Shown one piece after another: positions 51,741-64,000 of a stretch of DNA of 64,000 nt (within the stretch, counting starts at the first letter, position 1; every line of letters starts with the position of its first letter). The stretch comes from the human T2T-CHM13v2.0 reference genome, Homo sapiens. The notes beneath the pieces were generated by a model. That model searched no databases and was not told the origin of the DNA. It saw nothing but the letters and a program-made list of their open reading frames with translations. Location of the stretch: NCBI RefSeq assembly GCF_009914755.1, contig NC_060944.1; one strand, written 5' to 3'. A program made the position numbers and the translations under genes.

Positions 51741-54700
51741 CATAATTATTCCCAAAGTTCTCTTCTTCACCCCATACAAATAAAGCCGGACTGATTTCTA
51801 GGCAATTATCAGTCCCCACTGAGTGTCATCTCGAGTGTATATGTTGTTGGCATTTTTAAGGCCTAATCAAAGAAACTGAAGCACAATCTCTGGATCTGAG
51901 GAACTCAAGTAGAGGAATGACAAGGGCAACAAAAGGCAAGAAAAAAATGAAACTGAAAAGGAGGGCAGGTCCAAAAATGGCTGCTCACTATAATAAGCTA
52001 TGCTTATTAAATTAGTGATGGAAAGATCCCAAGACACACATAAAAAAAGATGTAATAATGATGGCACATGGTGTCTTGGAAAGGCCTTCCCAAACACAGA
52101 AGCACTGTTCCTTCTTAGAGGAAAACACACCTGTAGTTCCCACAAGAGTATCATATACTCAACTCAGGAGACACATCAAAATGTGCAAATATCATCCAAA
52201 CTGGAATTCCTACACACTGTGCCTGAAAGGCAGAGTGCAAAAAACCTAATTATGGGCCTTCTGGGTTCTCTGACTTTTATAAAACCTCGGAAGAAAGACT
52301 CATCATCCTAATTCTGTAAAGTAAGTACAATATCAGGCATCTGTTAGTCTGAAAAGGTATGCTGAAGCATCAATAAATGCTTATGAATCAACATGAGCCC
52401 CCAAGTGAACAAGAAGCATAATATGGCATTTATTTTTCTCATAAAGGATGTCATGGCATTTTTCAATCCCTTGAGGAGAAAAAAAAAGTAAGGGGATTAG
52501 ATAATTTACAGCTTTGTTTCATCGCTGGTTAAACCTTCACTCCAAAAATGTAGCTATCCAAAACAGAGATTGGTCCCCAGCATCCCAATCACACTGGAGA
52601 TTTGCTTGAGTAACCACTCCAAGTACATGTAGACAGATACCTCATCATCACCTGCACCTCTTTTCAACCTGCCAACGAATATGCCCTTACTTATGAAAGA
52701 ATCCCACATAGAAAATCTGCTTCAGTACTGCTTTACACTCAGAAAAATTCATGCCTCAATGATAAAATCCTAGGCAACATCCTCCATAAAATTATCAAGG
52801 TACGCTGACTTCTTTAGGAGTTTCTGAGATGCCTGTATGAGTTTCCTCAGTATTACTATGAACAAAAATGTTAATGAGTTGAAATGTTTTGCCCAAAATT
52901 ACTCTGCTGGTGGCGTAAGTGACAGAACAGATGCTGACATTTTACATGTAGAGGGTTCCTCAGTGAAGGAGCACTTAATTAAAAATGGGAATTTAAGAGA
53001 CTTCAGACAATTTCACGTTCACCCTAAAAATACCCAATATTTATTTTATTTTATTTTTCATTAGCAGCCTAGTATGCTAGCCTGCTATCTTTTTGTTTTA
53101 TTACTACTTAATGCTATACGGGTGTTTAAAATTTTTTTATTAAAGTGAAAACTCTTACAAGCATAATTGTATCATCTTTCTCCAAACACATAAATAATTT
53201 TTACAAAGAGATCTAAAAGTTTAGAACTTTGCAAATATAGAAAGGATTTCAGCCACAAAATAAGTCTTGGTAGTTGGCAAAATAAGCATTTAAGGCCAAA
53301 TGGTGATTTAATATGGCTGCAATTTTATATAAGCTAGGCACAGTGTTAAAGAAATGTAGCCTCGGTCTCTGAAAAAAATTTTCCTTTTGATTTGAAAACT
53401 AAACATAAAAAACAAACTCAAAGGCCTGAGTGAAACAACTTAATTCTAGAGCCAGAAAATTCAGGCCTGGCCTGGATGTCAATGATCAAGTGGAGAAACA
53501 GTAAGATGGCATCCTGCTCCCACCAGTGCAGCCTGGCTCTCCTCTCCTTCTTCCACTCCTTTTCAAGGATGTCCACTGCTCACTGCAAAGATTTCAGAAG
53601 GTGAGCTACCAATGCCCCAGTAGCTATCATTATTATTTTTCTTTCTAATATTTCATGACTTCGAAACACATCAAAGTCTGGTGGAAATGCCAAAAATATA
53701 GGCGATGACAGAGAATGCTGACAAAGCATTCTTGGAAAAACAATTTTAGTGGCAGGTAACAGGAGCTGTAATTCATATTCACAGCCATAATTAAAAGCAG
53801 AAGTGGCAAAAAAATTTCTGTAACATTTGGATGCAAGACTGTGATAACCACACTAAATAAAAGAGATTTTGAAATTGTCTTATGTATTATTTCTAAAAAA
53901 TTAAAATTTAATTGCTCTTTTCAGCTATATAAAACAACAGCTTGCAGCTTAAAGTGTATTTGTTCGCTGATTCAAGTATTTATTAAATGCTTCTCTCCTG
54001 TCCTGCAATATTCTCGGAAGCAAGAATCAGCTGTGCACATAGCAGACAACAGGCGTCCCCCTCCTGGAGTCTGCATTCCAGTAGAGAAAGACCTTGGAAT
54101 CTCCCAACTAAACCAAGATGCTAGATAACATTTCTCACCAAACCTTACTTTAAAAGTTATCACTGAGCTAACAAGAACATGGAAAGAAAAGAGCAACAAA
54201 GCTGGCTTTTTCCCTTTGTGGTTCTGCTAAACCACAGAATTCTTAAAAGTTTCTCTGGTAATGCAGTTTTCATTTTGCTGAGGTTGAATTACTGACACTT
54301 TTTTTATGGTTAGCTATTTTTTAAAAAAAATCATAGAACCTTTTAAAAAAGACGTTTTCTTCCAAAAGTTTTTAAATTTTCCTTTTCACATTTATGTACT
54401 TTATCCCTCTGAAACTGACTTTGGACATGGCGTGAGGTAGGAATTCTATTTCATTTTTTTCCATATGGCTAAGTACTTGTCCCACAGAAATGTGTTGAAC
54501 AATACATTGTTTCCTTGTCAGACCTGACAAGCCACATATATCATATATCATGATTCCATGTCTGTGTGCACTCAGTGCTATATTTTATCTTCTGTTCCAT
54601 CCGTCTATTTGTCTATCTCTATGATTACAACTTTAAGTAAATGTCATAGAATTTATCACATTATTTGTGACTATTAGGATAAATGTTGTGTCTTCTGTCC

Positions 54701-54897
54701 TTTTTATAAGCTCTTAAAAACTATAGTGGCTTATGACTTATTCATCTTTTTATTTCTCAGAGCATCTAAATCAGTATTTCTAGACTATAAGCTTATTTGT
54801 TAAATAAGGGATGAGGTAAATGACAATACTGATTCTTAGCTGTAGACTCATAAATGTCCCCCTCCCCTGACTATTTCAACAGAACTAAATGTATGCA

Positions 54898-55419
54898 TGT
54901 CTTAAGTATATTTTCTTATTTTCTGTCTTCTCAATGCTCTGGCATTAGGGCCTCACTGATCAGGGAAGGACTGCCACTTCCAGGGTTAGCTAATTCCTAG
55001 AGATAGAAGTCTATTCACCAGGCAGCATGTCTTTCACATGCAAACCTACCAATTCAAAATTCAGACCCTCCAACTACCTCCTTTCTCTAGTTCTCACATA
55101 CTAAGTCAATATCCCCTGCCCTGTCATCCTAGGACTGGGTACCAGGAAACTAGAAACAGCCCGTATGCTCCAGAGCCCACTGAAGTCATTCATATTAGTA
55201 ATCCTAAAACTGCATACCCTGCCTTGCCTTGCTATTTCCATAGAAATGACACTAAAAGCGGTTGCCCCATTTTGTTCCTTCTGCCTCCTGGTACTTCCCT
55301 GCATGACCCCTGTTTCCAGGGATCCGTGAGTATAAACTTCTTCCTCCATGACAATCATTTCCATGTCTGTATGTCTTACCACATCTGATTAAAACAAATC
55401 CCAGGTAAACTTTAAGACA
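54898..55419 (+). mobile_element. Solo ERVL LTR (MER74-like)
   Basis: TG...CA termini with a perfect 5-bp TSD ATGCA (54893-54897, 55420-55424). Internal agctaattcctagagatag and atgcaaacctaccaat. Confidence 0.85.
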
Positions 55420-56844
55420 ATGCACAGTAAATTTAGCTGTTATTTTCAGCAAACATGATTTAATGAGAAAGCAAATATAAAAGTAAACAGTTTGCCAGTG
55501 ATGAAGGAATTTAAGATTTTGGAGGCAGTTTATTATTCTAAGCATTTGATAACTGGTAGGATTATTCAATAAGAAACAAAGATATAATCAAATTGTTTCT
55601 CTTTGCATGTCCTAAAAATCAGGCTCATATGAGTTTTATTTTGAACATTTATGAAGAAATTGCTCTCTTAAGAACAGAAAGTTAAATTCAGAACTGTGAT
55701 AATCCTTAAGCCTTATCACATTACAGTTTGTCCTTTTCACAGATGACAAGGTGAACTATTGAACTGCGTGTACTGATTCTCTATATTAGTATTTCAAAGA
55801 AGAACGGAGTATTTGGAGGAGTTAATCACAACATGGAGTGCATCATATAAAATTACCTCACAGAGGTTTATTAAATTGAGCTGTCCAATACATACCCTGA
55901 AATGGGATCAAAACTAATCTTTCCAAAGAACAGACAAAAGAAGTAATCACCTAATTTTCTTCCCTTTCAATAAAAATAATTAAAACTAGTCCATGTTTAA
56001 GTAAATTCAACCTACTGAAGCTTCAGTTTTGCCTCCTACAGTACCACAATGATGACTTTCTTTTGGATAATCTGTAAGGATTCTCAAGTAGGTCAAAGGG
56101 CTTTACAGTAATTTTAATTTTAACAGGAACACAGTGTAAAGGAGTAGACATAGCACTGCACGTTGAGTCAAAACATTTTGGAAGCCAGTTTCATCTCTGG
56201 AACTCACACTCCAGCTTGATAACAATTTCTCTGGGTCTCAATCTCCCCATCTCTAAAACAGACATGATAAGACTTGGCCTGCTTCCCATACAGAATCAAA
56301 GAGAATGCCTCAAAATTCTTTGTAAATGTTGAATCTCATATCAATGTATAGTATTATTAGTCAAAATCATTATTTAGTCTATAAAGAATTTTACTGAATA
56401 CCACCTTCATATGTTAATTTTATGAAGTTTTAATGACATTCTATCAAGAATTTCCCAAATATCAGAGACGTTAGTTAAATTTTAAATCACAGTGAAAACC
56501 AGTTTGCTTGGTTTAAAAAAAAAAATCCATTTAAGGTCAAATTTTAGCCTTTATGTTAATCATTTTAAAATATTTTTTGGCATTTTAATAACACTCTTAA
56601 CATGTTACTTTGTGGTGGTTGTTTTCATACAAGATACCTGTGTGTGAACATGAATGTGCATCCATAAAAGTCTTGGCTCTGGTCAGCCTTTCCCGCACTG
56701 ATTCCTCAGACCACGAGTCTCTCCTGACACTCCACAAAACAAAGCAAAACCAAACCCAGCTCCTCCATGGCCTCCCCGTTCTCATCAGCCTGGTCAAACA
56801 GGTGAGGGAAACTGACCTTTGAGGTTGACTTACCCAGTGTCACA

Positions 56845-56846
<2 letters not shown>

Positions 56847-56885
<39 letters not shown>

Positions 56886-56896
56886 TGTGTGTGTGT
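56847..56896 (+). repeat. (TG)n microsatellite, ~24 units with one interruption
   Basis: Read directly. Confidence 0.95.
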
Positions 56897-57736
56897 AGCT
56901 AAAACTGCAGACTACACCACACACAATATTTTGGGCACCTGACTTAGATGTTCACTCATTTATTCTTCCAACAGCCTTCATAAAGTACGGGCTATTATCC
57001 CAAATTTAAAGGCAAAGAAACAAAAGGACAGAGATTAAATAACTAGCTCAAGGCCACCCAGCAATTCCTCGGAGGTGCCTGGAAGCCGACCCAGAAAGTT
57101 TGGCTCTGAAGTCAAACAATCTGAGGTTAAAAAAGTTGCAAAAAATACAGAGTATGAAGTCATTTTTTTTAAGTTTAGAAACAAAACTAAATGATATATT
57201 GCTTGACACACACGGTAAAACTATAAAGAAATCAAGGAAATTAGTATAAAAACAAATTTGGACTAGGGTCCCAAGATAATGGGAGAAGGGGAGGGACTTG
57301 AGAAGGACCTCTAGGAGACCTCACTGGCTTGGGTGCCCTGCTAGTTCTTAAGTTGGGTAGTAGACTCACTCGTGTTCACTTCATTACTGTTCCCCGTAAC
57401 TTACATACTGTATATGTTACAACTTACATTTTATGTATCAAAATACTTTATTTAAAAATTAATCAATAAGCTATCTAAACTCTTTGACTTATCCTGGATT
57501 TATAACATGTATGAGTTGGAAAAATCACTCTTCTTTCTAGCATAGAACAATTCAGTCAGGGATAGTAAAGGCTTGACATGAATACCATCACTTCCTCCTA
57601 TGGTGGACAGTGGTCAGGAGCATGGCACACTTCCTCCTACAACTGTTTCAGAACCCTCTGTATACAAGACTCCAATGATTCACAACTGATCTCCCAGCTG
57701 TTTGCATTAGTGCCTCTTTTTCAAAATGCAATTTAC

Positions 57737-57913
57737 CTGTTAAATTTGAAGCATCGGTGGGACTCAGTTGTAACCAATGACGGGCATCAGCATCAGCCAC
57801 AACATCTGTGGGAGTATTCAGTTCTGGGTCTTCCTCACAGGTCTGCCATGGGCCCATGGACAGCTCTGCCTCATTGGTACAGCCCAGAGTTGTGTCACTG
57901 TTGGTACTTTCAC
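57737..57913 (-). CDS. RALGAPA2: RALGAPA2 coding exon (177 nt): (S)[58 protein letters not shown]
   Basis: Acceptor ttcttccattgtaccag|, donor CAG|gtaaat. Phase 1-1. Lies within ORF 57648..58067. Confidence 0.95.
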
Positions 57914-59237
57914 CTGGTACAATGGAAGAACCAAAGTTTAAGATAAAAAATAGCTGAAAATCAGAATGTTCACAATTACTGATACGAAAGTAACTAAACA
58001 AACAGCAGACACAGTAGGAATCATTCATGTTCTTTGGCAGAACCTGCAGAACTTGAGAGGAGCTCAAAAAGTGTCCACGTGGGGCTCTTGGTCAAGAAAA
58101 TGAATCTTCCAAATAAGGATATTAATAGCCATTATGAGCACCACTATGTATCATTCAAGTGGCACTCTTCAACGTGTCTTCACTCAGTACCCCCTACACC
58201 CAAACTACACCAAGTCCTAAAGTGTGCTGGGACTTACAAAATGAGGATGGGTGGAGGAAGAAGATAATAACTGATCCACCACAAATGCAAGTTTACTCTA
58301 CCGGGTAGAAGAGTCTAAAGATGCTGTATGCCCCAAGCCTGACAGGTAGACGTAGACCTAGGGTGACTCATTCAGGGTCATCTGGGGATATAGTGTCCCA
58401 ATACAACAGATTTTCTAGAACAGAAATTCTCCCCTTTAAACAGTAATAAGTTCTAATTTATCATAATATAATAAGGCTAGGCCACAAAGACTTATAGAAC
58501 TATTTAGTCTGACATAAAATGAACCTAGACACTTCTGCTTCTCAGAGTCTCCTGTCTACTTCATAACAACTTTATGCATCTACATCTCTGTCTGCTCACC
58601 CTTCTGGCTGCTCTCTGTATCTACTCCTAACAGTCCCTTACTCTTGCTGTTTCTAATCTGCTGTCCTCTATTTACTCACAAAGAACTAAAAGTTGTCTCA
58701 GTAACCAGGTGACCAATGGTAGGTCCCAAACTTCATCTCCTAAAGAGCTCTAAGCTAGCAGGGTGAAGGTAGAACTCCTCTGCACCCATCAAGAACTGTC
58801 CTGAACTTGAGGAGGTGTTTACTTTGCTACTCTGGCACCTGACTTCAGGAAAGCAGAGTACTAAGGCTGTATTTTACAATATATGATAATACGTCTCAGG
58901 ATTCCAATCTCATTCCATTTCTAAGTATTTAACCCATTGACTTCAATGTACTTCTGATGCTTTTTGCTTCTAGCCTCTGGGAACTTTCTGGGGAAGATAA
59001 TTTTTCTCTCCGGTCTATCTGCTCACTCATGCCATCAGTCTCTGATGTACCACTCACCTGGAGAAAGGTCCAGGGGTAGAAAGACAGGCCTCTCAAGGTA
59101 CGGGTGAGTAGAACTGTTTTATTATATGTATGGATGAACCTTTTGTCAATCCTAGGATTCCAGGAATAAGAAGGTCCCATTTCACAACCATTTCTCTCAA
59201 ATTGATAAGCTATTACTCAAGTTAGAAGGTAAAAAGT

Positions 59238-59487
59238 GGGAAGATGGCTTGAGCCCAGTCATTCAAAACCAGCCTGGGCAACATGGCAAAACCTCATCTC
59301 TATAAAAAATAGAAAAATCAGCCAAGCGCATTGACATGTGCCTGTAGTCCCAGCTACTCAGAAGGATTGGGTGGGAGGATCACCTGAGCCCAGGGAGGTT
59401 GAGGCTGCAGTGAGCCATGATTGTGCCAGAGCACTCCAGCCTGGGCGAAAGAGTGAGACTGAGTCTCTAATAATAATAATAATAAAA
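59238..59487 (+). mobile_element. 5'-truncated AluJ with a (TAA)n tail
   Basis: gcttgagccc..accagcctgggcaacatggcaaaacc..gggaggatcacctgagccc. Confidence 0.85.
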
Positions 59488-59551
59488 TGTAAAAAGAAAA
59501 TAGAACATATCAACTCTGTAGTTGGAGGAACAGACATTTCCCGGAACTTAC

Positions 59552-59642
59552 TCTTCTGTCTTTCCCTACATTTTCCTTGTGTCTGCTGCAAATCATCTTT
59601 CAAATCCAATTCAGCAGGGCTGCTGCTTCTTCGAACTAAGAT
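59552..59642 (-). CDS. RALGAPA2: RALGAPA2 coding exon (91 nt): [30 protein letters not shown]+a
   Basis: Acceptor tttctttttgtctgaag|ATC, donor AGA|gtaagt. Phase 0 to 1. Overlaps ORF 59358..59609. Confidence 0.95.
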
Positions 59643-60789
59643 CTTCAGACAAAAAGAAATATTGCATTTACTACAGGAAAGTTTTCATTGTTATAAGACT
59701 TAAGTTTCTAGCCCAAATTTCTAAAGAAAAAGAAACAAATAATAATAATAGCTAAATAAATTGATGTTTTCCATTTGAAGGATATGTTTTCACAAATCAC
59801 TATATTTAATTTTATGTTACTCAAGATCTGAAACTTTAATTTATATCCTCTACTTTGTCAACTTACATCCATCCAATTAAATTGATCTAAGAAGGAATGC
59901 TAAATTATATGGAAGGAATTTGTTTTAAAGTTCTATTTGTTCTTCTGGTCAGGCACACATATATTGTGAACACAATGCTCTAGGAGGCATAAGTTATGCA
60001 CACAAATGATAAGTGTGCTGGTAGGGAAGGCGCAAACTCCACCCAGAGATCTAAAGGTCCATTCAGTGTCTTCCTAGTTAAGCATGCCACAGACTCTCCT
60101 GAGCATTGCTTAACCTTGTATTAAATTCACAGGATTAAAAAAAAATCAGGAGGAAATCTGCATCCTCTAATAAGTTATAATTTGCTTGGAGAGACAAAAC
60201 ATACACAAATTACACAAAATAATTATAATGTATATAAGCAAAATATGCAAATAAACTGCCTCTGAAGGGGATGCAGAATAAACTGTTGCCTTAATTGGCT
60301 CAGCTTTATAGGAGAGCTGTTCAAGACAGCAATGGACATGAAGTGGTAGAGGGAAGACAGGAGGGGATTCAAGGCAGGAAGTACTGGGTGGTAATCAGCA
60401 AGTTCTATGTACAGGAAGAGATGCTGGTTATACCAGGCCATGCAGGGCACCCAGGTGAAGAAGGACAAAAATAAGAAATGCAGACCTTCTAAAAAGACAC
60501 AGCTGCCAGTGGGCCTTGAACCTTAGGTTCAAGTGGGGAACAAGATGTAGAGTTAAAAGAAAAAAAAGAATGCCCCACAAATGTTGACCATGGCAAAACT
60601 GGAAAAAAAATTAAAAGAAAGAATAATTATTAAGCTAATAAAAAGCAAGCCATGAATAAAATATTTAGAAGATTTAGAGGATTAACACTATATGAAAAAA
60701 CTATTACACAGCCTTAAAGAAGAATGATACATATCTAATGTGCTAAGAGGAAATATGCACAGAATATTTCCTTAGTTAAAAAACAGAAT

Positions 60790-63330
60790 GTAGACTCTTC
60801 TGCTTCTAACTATATGAGAGACACAATACCTCCCAGCCATAGAACCAGATCCTACATAAAACTTTAGTTGCAATTTGGGGCTCACAGGAAGTAAAAGAAA
60901 CTTCCAAGAAATCTACCTTCAACCCTTAAAAGTGAGCAGAAACCAGGGCAGTGAAACGTGGCTATTGCAAGGGTAAATCCAATAGTACCACTGCCAGTGG
61001 CAAGAGGACCAAGACTCCAGGATTAAAGTAGCACTCTCCATGTGGTGCAAGAAACAAATGCAAACATACTGTTGAAATGTCATCAATTTAGAAATCCACG
61101 TTTTCTGCAGATTAAGATCAGCCAGCTAGGAACCCATAATAAAACATCACCAAACACTAAAGAAAATAAATCACCATGTGTAAGAATCTCAGAAACAACA
61201 AATATCAGATTTAGATCCCCCAAGGATTTCAGATAATCAGATAAAAAATTCAGAATTGCAATTTGTAAACATTTTAAAGGAATAAAAGTTGGAATCACAA
61301 AAACAAGCAAGCAACAAAAGATTATTAGAAATTACAAGATATGCTTGAAAAGTATAAACGTGAACTGTCAGAAATAAAAGGCATAATTGCTAAACTAAAA
61401 AATTCAATGGAAATATTAACAGTAAAGATAAAGTTACTGAACTGATGAAAGACAGAGCTGATAAAATTATCCAGGAAACACCAAGCCAATGAGAATAGAA
61501 AATATAAAAAACATTTAAGAGACAAGGAAGACAGAATGGGAAAGTCTAATATATTTCCACCCAGAATTCCAGGAGGAAAGCAAAGAGAGAATATAAAAGA
61601 GGCAATATTTGTGTTCTTTTTTTTAAAACCCCAGTGTCCCATGTAACAGGTGGAGATACCACTGTACCAATGAGGAAAAAATGAGACAATATATGCAGAA
61701 ATGTTACCAAGAATTTTCCAGAAATGACAGAAGACAAGCACTTACAGATGCATGGCACATAGCATATACCAAAAAGAACAAACATACGAACCAAAAGATT
61801 CCTGCACCTAAATATACTATAGTGAAATGGAAGGAAAAGGACAAACAAAAACAGCAAGGAACAATAACCAGACAGGACCGGATGGACAGAAGACTTCTCA
61901 GCAACAAAGAAAGACAAAAGATTATGGAAAAATAACTTCCATTAGAAGGAAAAGGGAGAAAGAGGTGGGAAAACTATAGTAACTGAGATGTTGTACTGTC
62001 CGAAAGATAAAGTAACCAAGAATCAAGATAAGAAACACCAAAAGGAGGCCTTACATATCTCAGAAATAGCACATATGAAAGAGAGGTGGCATTTCAGATC
62101 AATAAAGAAAAATTAATTCAATAAATGGGACCTGACACAAGTAGTTATCTATTCAGGAAAAAAAATGAAATTGGATCCCTACCTCACTCCATAAACAGGA
62201 ATCAATTCCAAATATATAAAAGACTTAAATTTGTAGAGCAAACCTGAAACATTTATAAATATAATATTTTTATTCCTGTGTAGTTGAGACTTTTAAAAAA
62301 TTCCATAAAGCCTCAACAATAAAAATGATAATAGAGAATATCAAAATGAAGAACTTCTGTTCATCAAAAGATACCCTAGAGAAGGTAAAAATATAAACCA
62401 TATATTGGAAGAAGATATTTGCTACAAACATAACCAAAATAGGATCAGTATTCATACCATACAAAGAGCTAGTAAATATAAATAAAGAGAAAAAGACAAA
62501 AAATAGAAAAACAACAAAGGACATCAGTAGGCATTTCACAGATGAAACAAAAATGGCCAATAAACATATGGGAAGATTTTTAACCTTATTAGTAGTCTAA
62601 GAAATACAAAATAAGACATCTTATTTTCACTCAGTTGACCAATAAAAATGAAAAAATCTGATAATAGAAAGTGTTGGCAAGAATGAAGATGAATGGGAGC
62701 TCTACACAATGCTGGCAAAAATATGAGTGATGCAACCACTTTAGAGAACAGGGGTTATCTTGTAAAGAAATTATTTTATTCTATAAGTCATTAATTCCAT
62801 TCCTAGATAGCCATCATAGAGAAAACATTAAACATGCAGATGCTGAAACACATACAAGAATGTACATGGCTACAGTTTTCACAAAAACAAAAAGCTGGAA
62901 ACAATCTAAATGTCAACCAACAAGAGAATGAAAAAATAAATTGTGGTCTACTTATAGTGGAATACCACATCACAGAAAACTTGATGAACTATTGCTACAT
63001 AGCACAATGTGAATAAATCTTAAAAATATGTAACTGAGTAAACAAAGCAACAATACTTTATTAAAAAATTCAAAAGTAAGGACAACTAAAGAACATCCTG
63101 TTTAGAGATACATAGTTACATAGCAAAACTACAGAGCAAAGCAAGGGGATGATGAACACAAAGCCAAGATAAGGCCCCTCTCTGAGGGGAGATAGCAGAG
63201 AGAGGGAACAAGGAAGGAGTGTAGAAGCCAAAATGATCTGAAGCTGATGGTGGGTTTCTGGGTATTTATTTCATTGCTGAAAACAGAATATACAAATGTA
63301 AACTGGTACATGCCCTTTTTAAAAATAAAG
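60790..63330 (+). mobile_element. Old L1M remnants (ORF1-like, ORF2-like and 3' UTR segments)
   Basis: A-rich. gaaattggatccctacctcac, aacttctgttcatcaaaaga, aatggccaataaacatatg, ctggaaacaatctaaatgtc. Confidence 0.75.
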
Positions 63331-63954
63331 AAAAAAGAAACATAACATGGGTTATTGTCCAGTGGGAGGGGAGCAAGGAGAGGCCTTCCCTTTTTTATTT
63401 TGTATCTTTCTGTGATGTTTGAGTTTTCTAAGAATATATGCTACATTTTAAAAAAATGAATAGGGGTTATCTGCATGAATGAGTTATGGGCTTATGTTTT
63501 AATTTTCTTCTTTATACTTTATATATATTTAAATAAATGCCATTTTATGTTTTTTGTTTTTTGTTTTTTTTAAGAAACCTAACATCTTTGTGAATACTCA
63601 CTGATTCTAGTAATTCATGTCAGGTAGAGGCTACCTAAATGGATGTCAGGAATGGGGAATCTGAAACGTAGGTTTAACAGGCAAAGGTAACTGCTTAAAA
63701 ATACACAGTGCCATACACAGACCAGGTGGTGAACTCCATTTTCATGTTAATTTTTTTCCTATTTTTGTAATGTGACTGTAATTTTACATAGAAAGCAAGC
63801 AAAATCTTAAAAGATCTCAACATCATTTGGGCCTATAAACTGTCTACATGGAAAAAAATATTTTAATTATCACTGCCACCAATAAATTTACTTACTGAGC
63901 ACTAATTAATGTTTATTTTTAATGACAAACTGAAATGGCTTGAAAATATCTTAC

Positions 63955-64000
63955 TGTTATTCCTTCATGTTCTCTCTTCACATGTCCTTTATTCTCTTGA
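63955..64000 (-). CDS. RALGAPA2: RALGAPA2 coding exon (partial; 5' part is outside the window), ~exon 18: ...QENKGHVKREHEGIT
   Basis: Open frame ending at donor ACA|GTAAGA (intron starts 63954). Phase 0 joins in frame to the exon at 59642. Confidence 0.9.

Noticed and set aside
52131-52222. 92-nt pseudo-exon with a good acceptor
   Set aside because: In-frame stop, modest donor and no supporting feature. Such pseudo-exons are common.
55896-55918. Possible 18-23 nt microexon ending AGG|gtatgt
   Set aside because: The in-frame version needs the second AG and lacks the upstream UGC typical of neural microexons. Unsupported without RNA data.

Overview
Primate (human-like) genomic DNA from the middle of RALGAPA2 (Ral GTPase-activating protein catalytic subunit alpha-2, AS250; 20p11.23 from recall), transcribed on the minus strand. 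I reconstructed 10 complete coding exons plus one partial exon at the right edge. Together they give 1300 nt in one continuous frame (1 nt + 433 codons, ...[27 protein letters not shown]...LPRKMAE). All introns are GT-AG except one 234-bp GC-AG intron (46299-46532). The remaining ~98% is intron, rich in Alu, L1, L2, MIR, Tigger/MER DNA transposons and one solo ERVL LTR. Most ORFs in the supplied track are repeat-derived or chance. I see no evidence of a new gene or a new biological system. The best leads are: (i) a rearranged L1MA insertion with an internal unique segment and a duplicated 3' junction; (ii) a triply nested L1PA cluster with a mini 3' transduction; (iii) motif-dense, repeat-free intronic blocks that may be enhancers, possibly for the neighbouring INSM1; (iv) several cryptic or poison exon candidates, including an AG|GTGAGT dual site and a possible decayed exon resembling a RALGAPA1 exon. 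Repeat subfamily names, exon numbers and paralog sequences are from memory and need RepeatMasker/BLAST confirmation.
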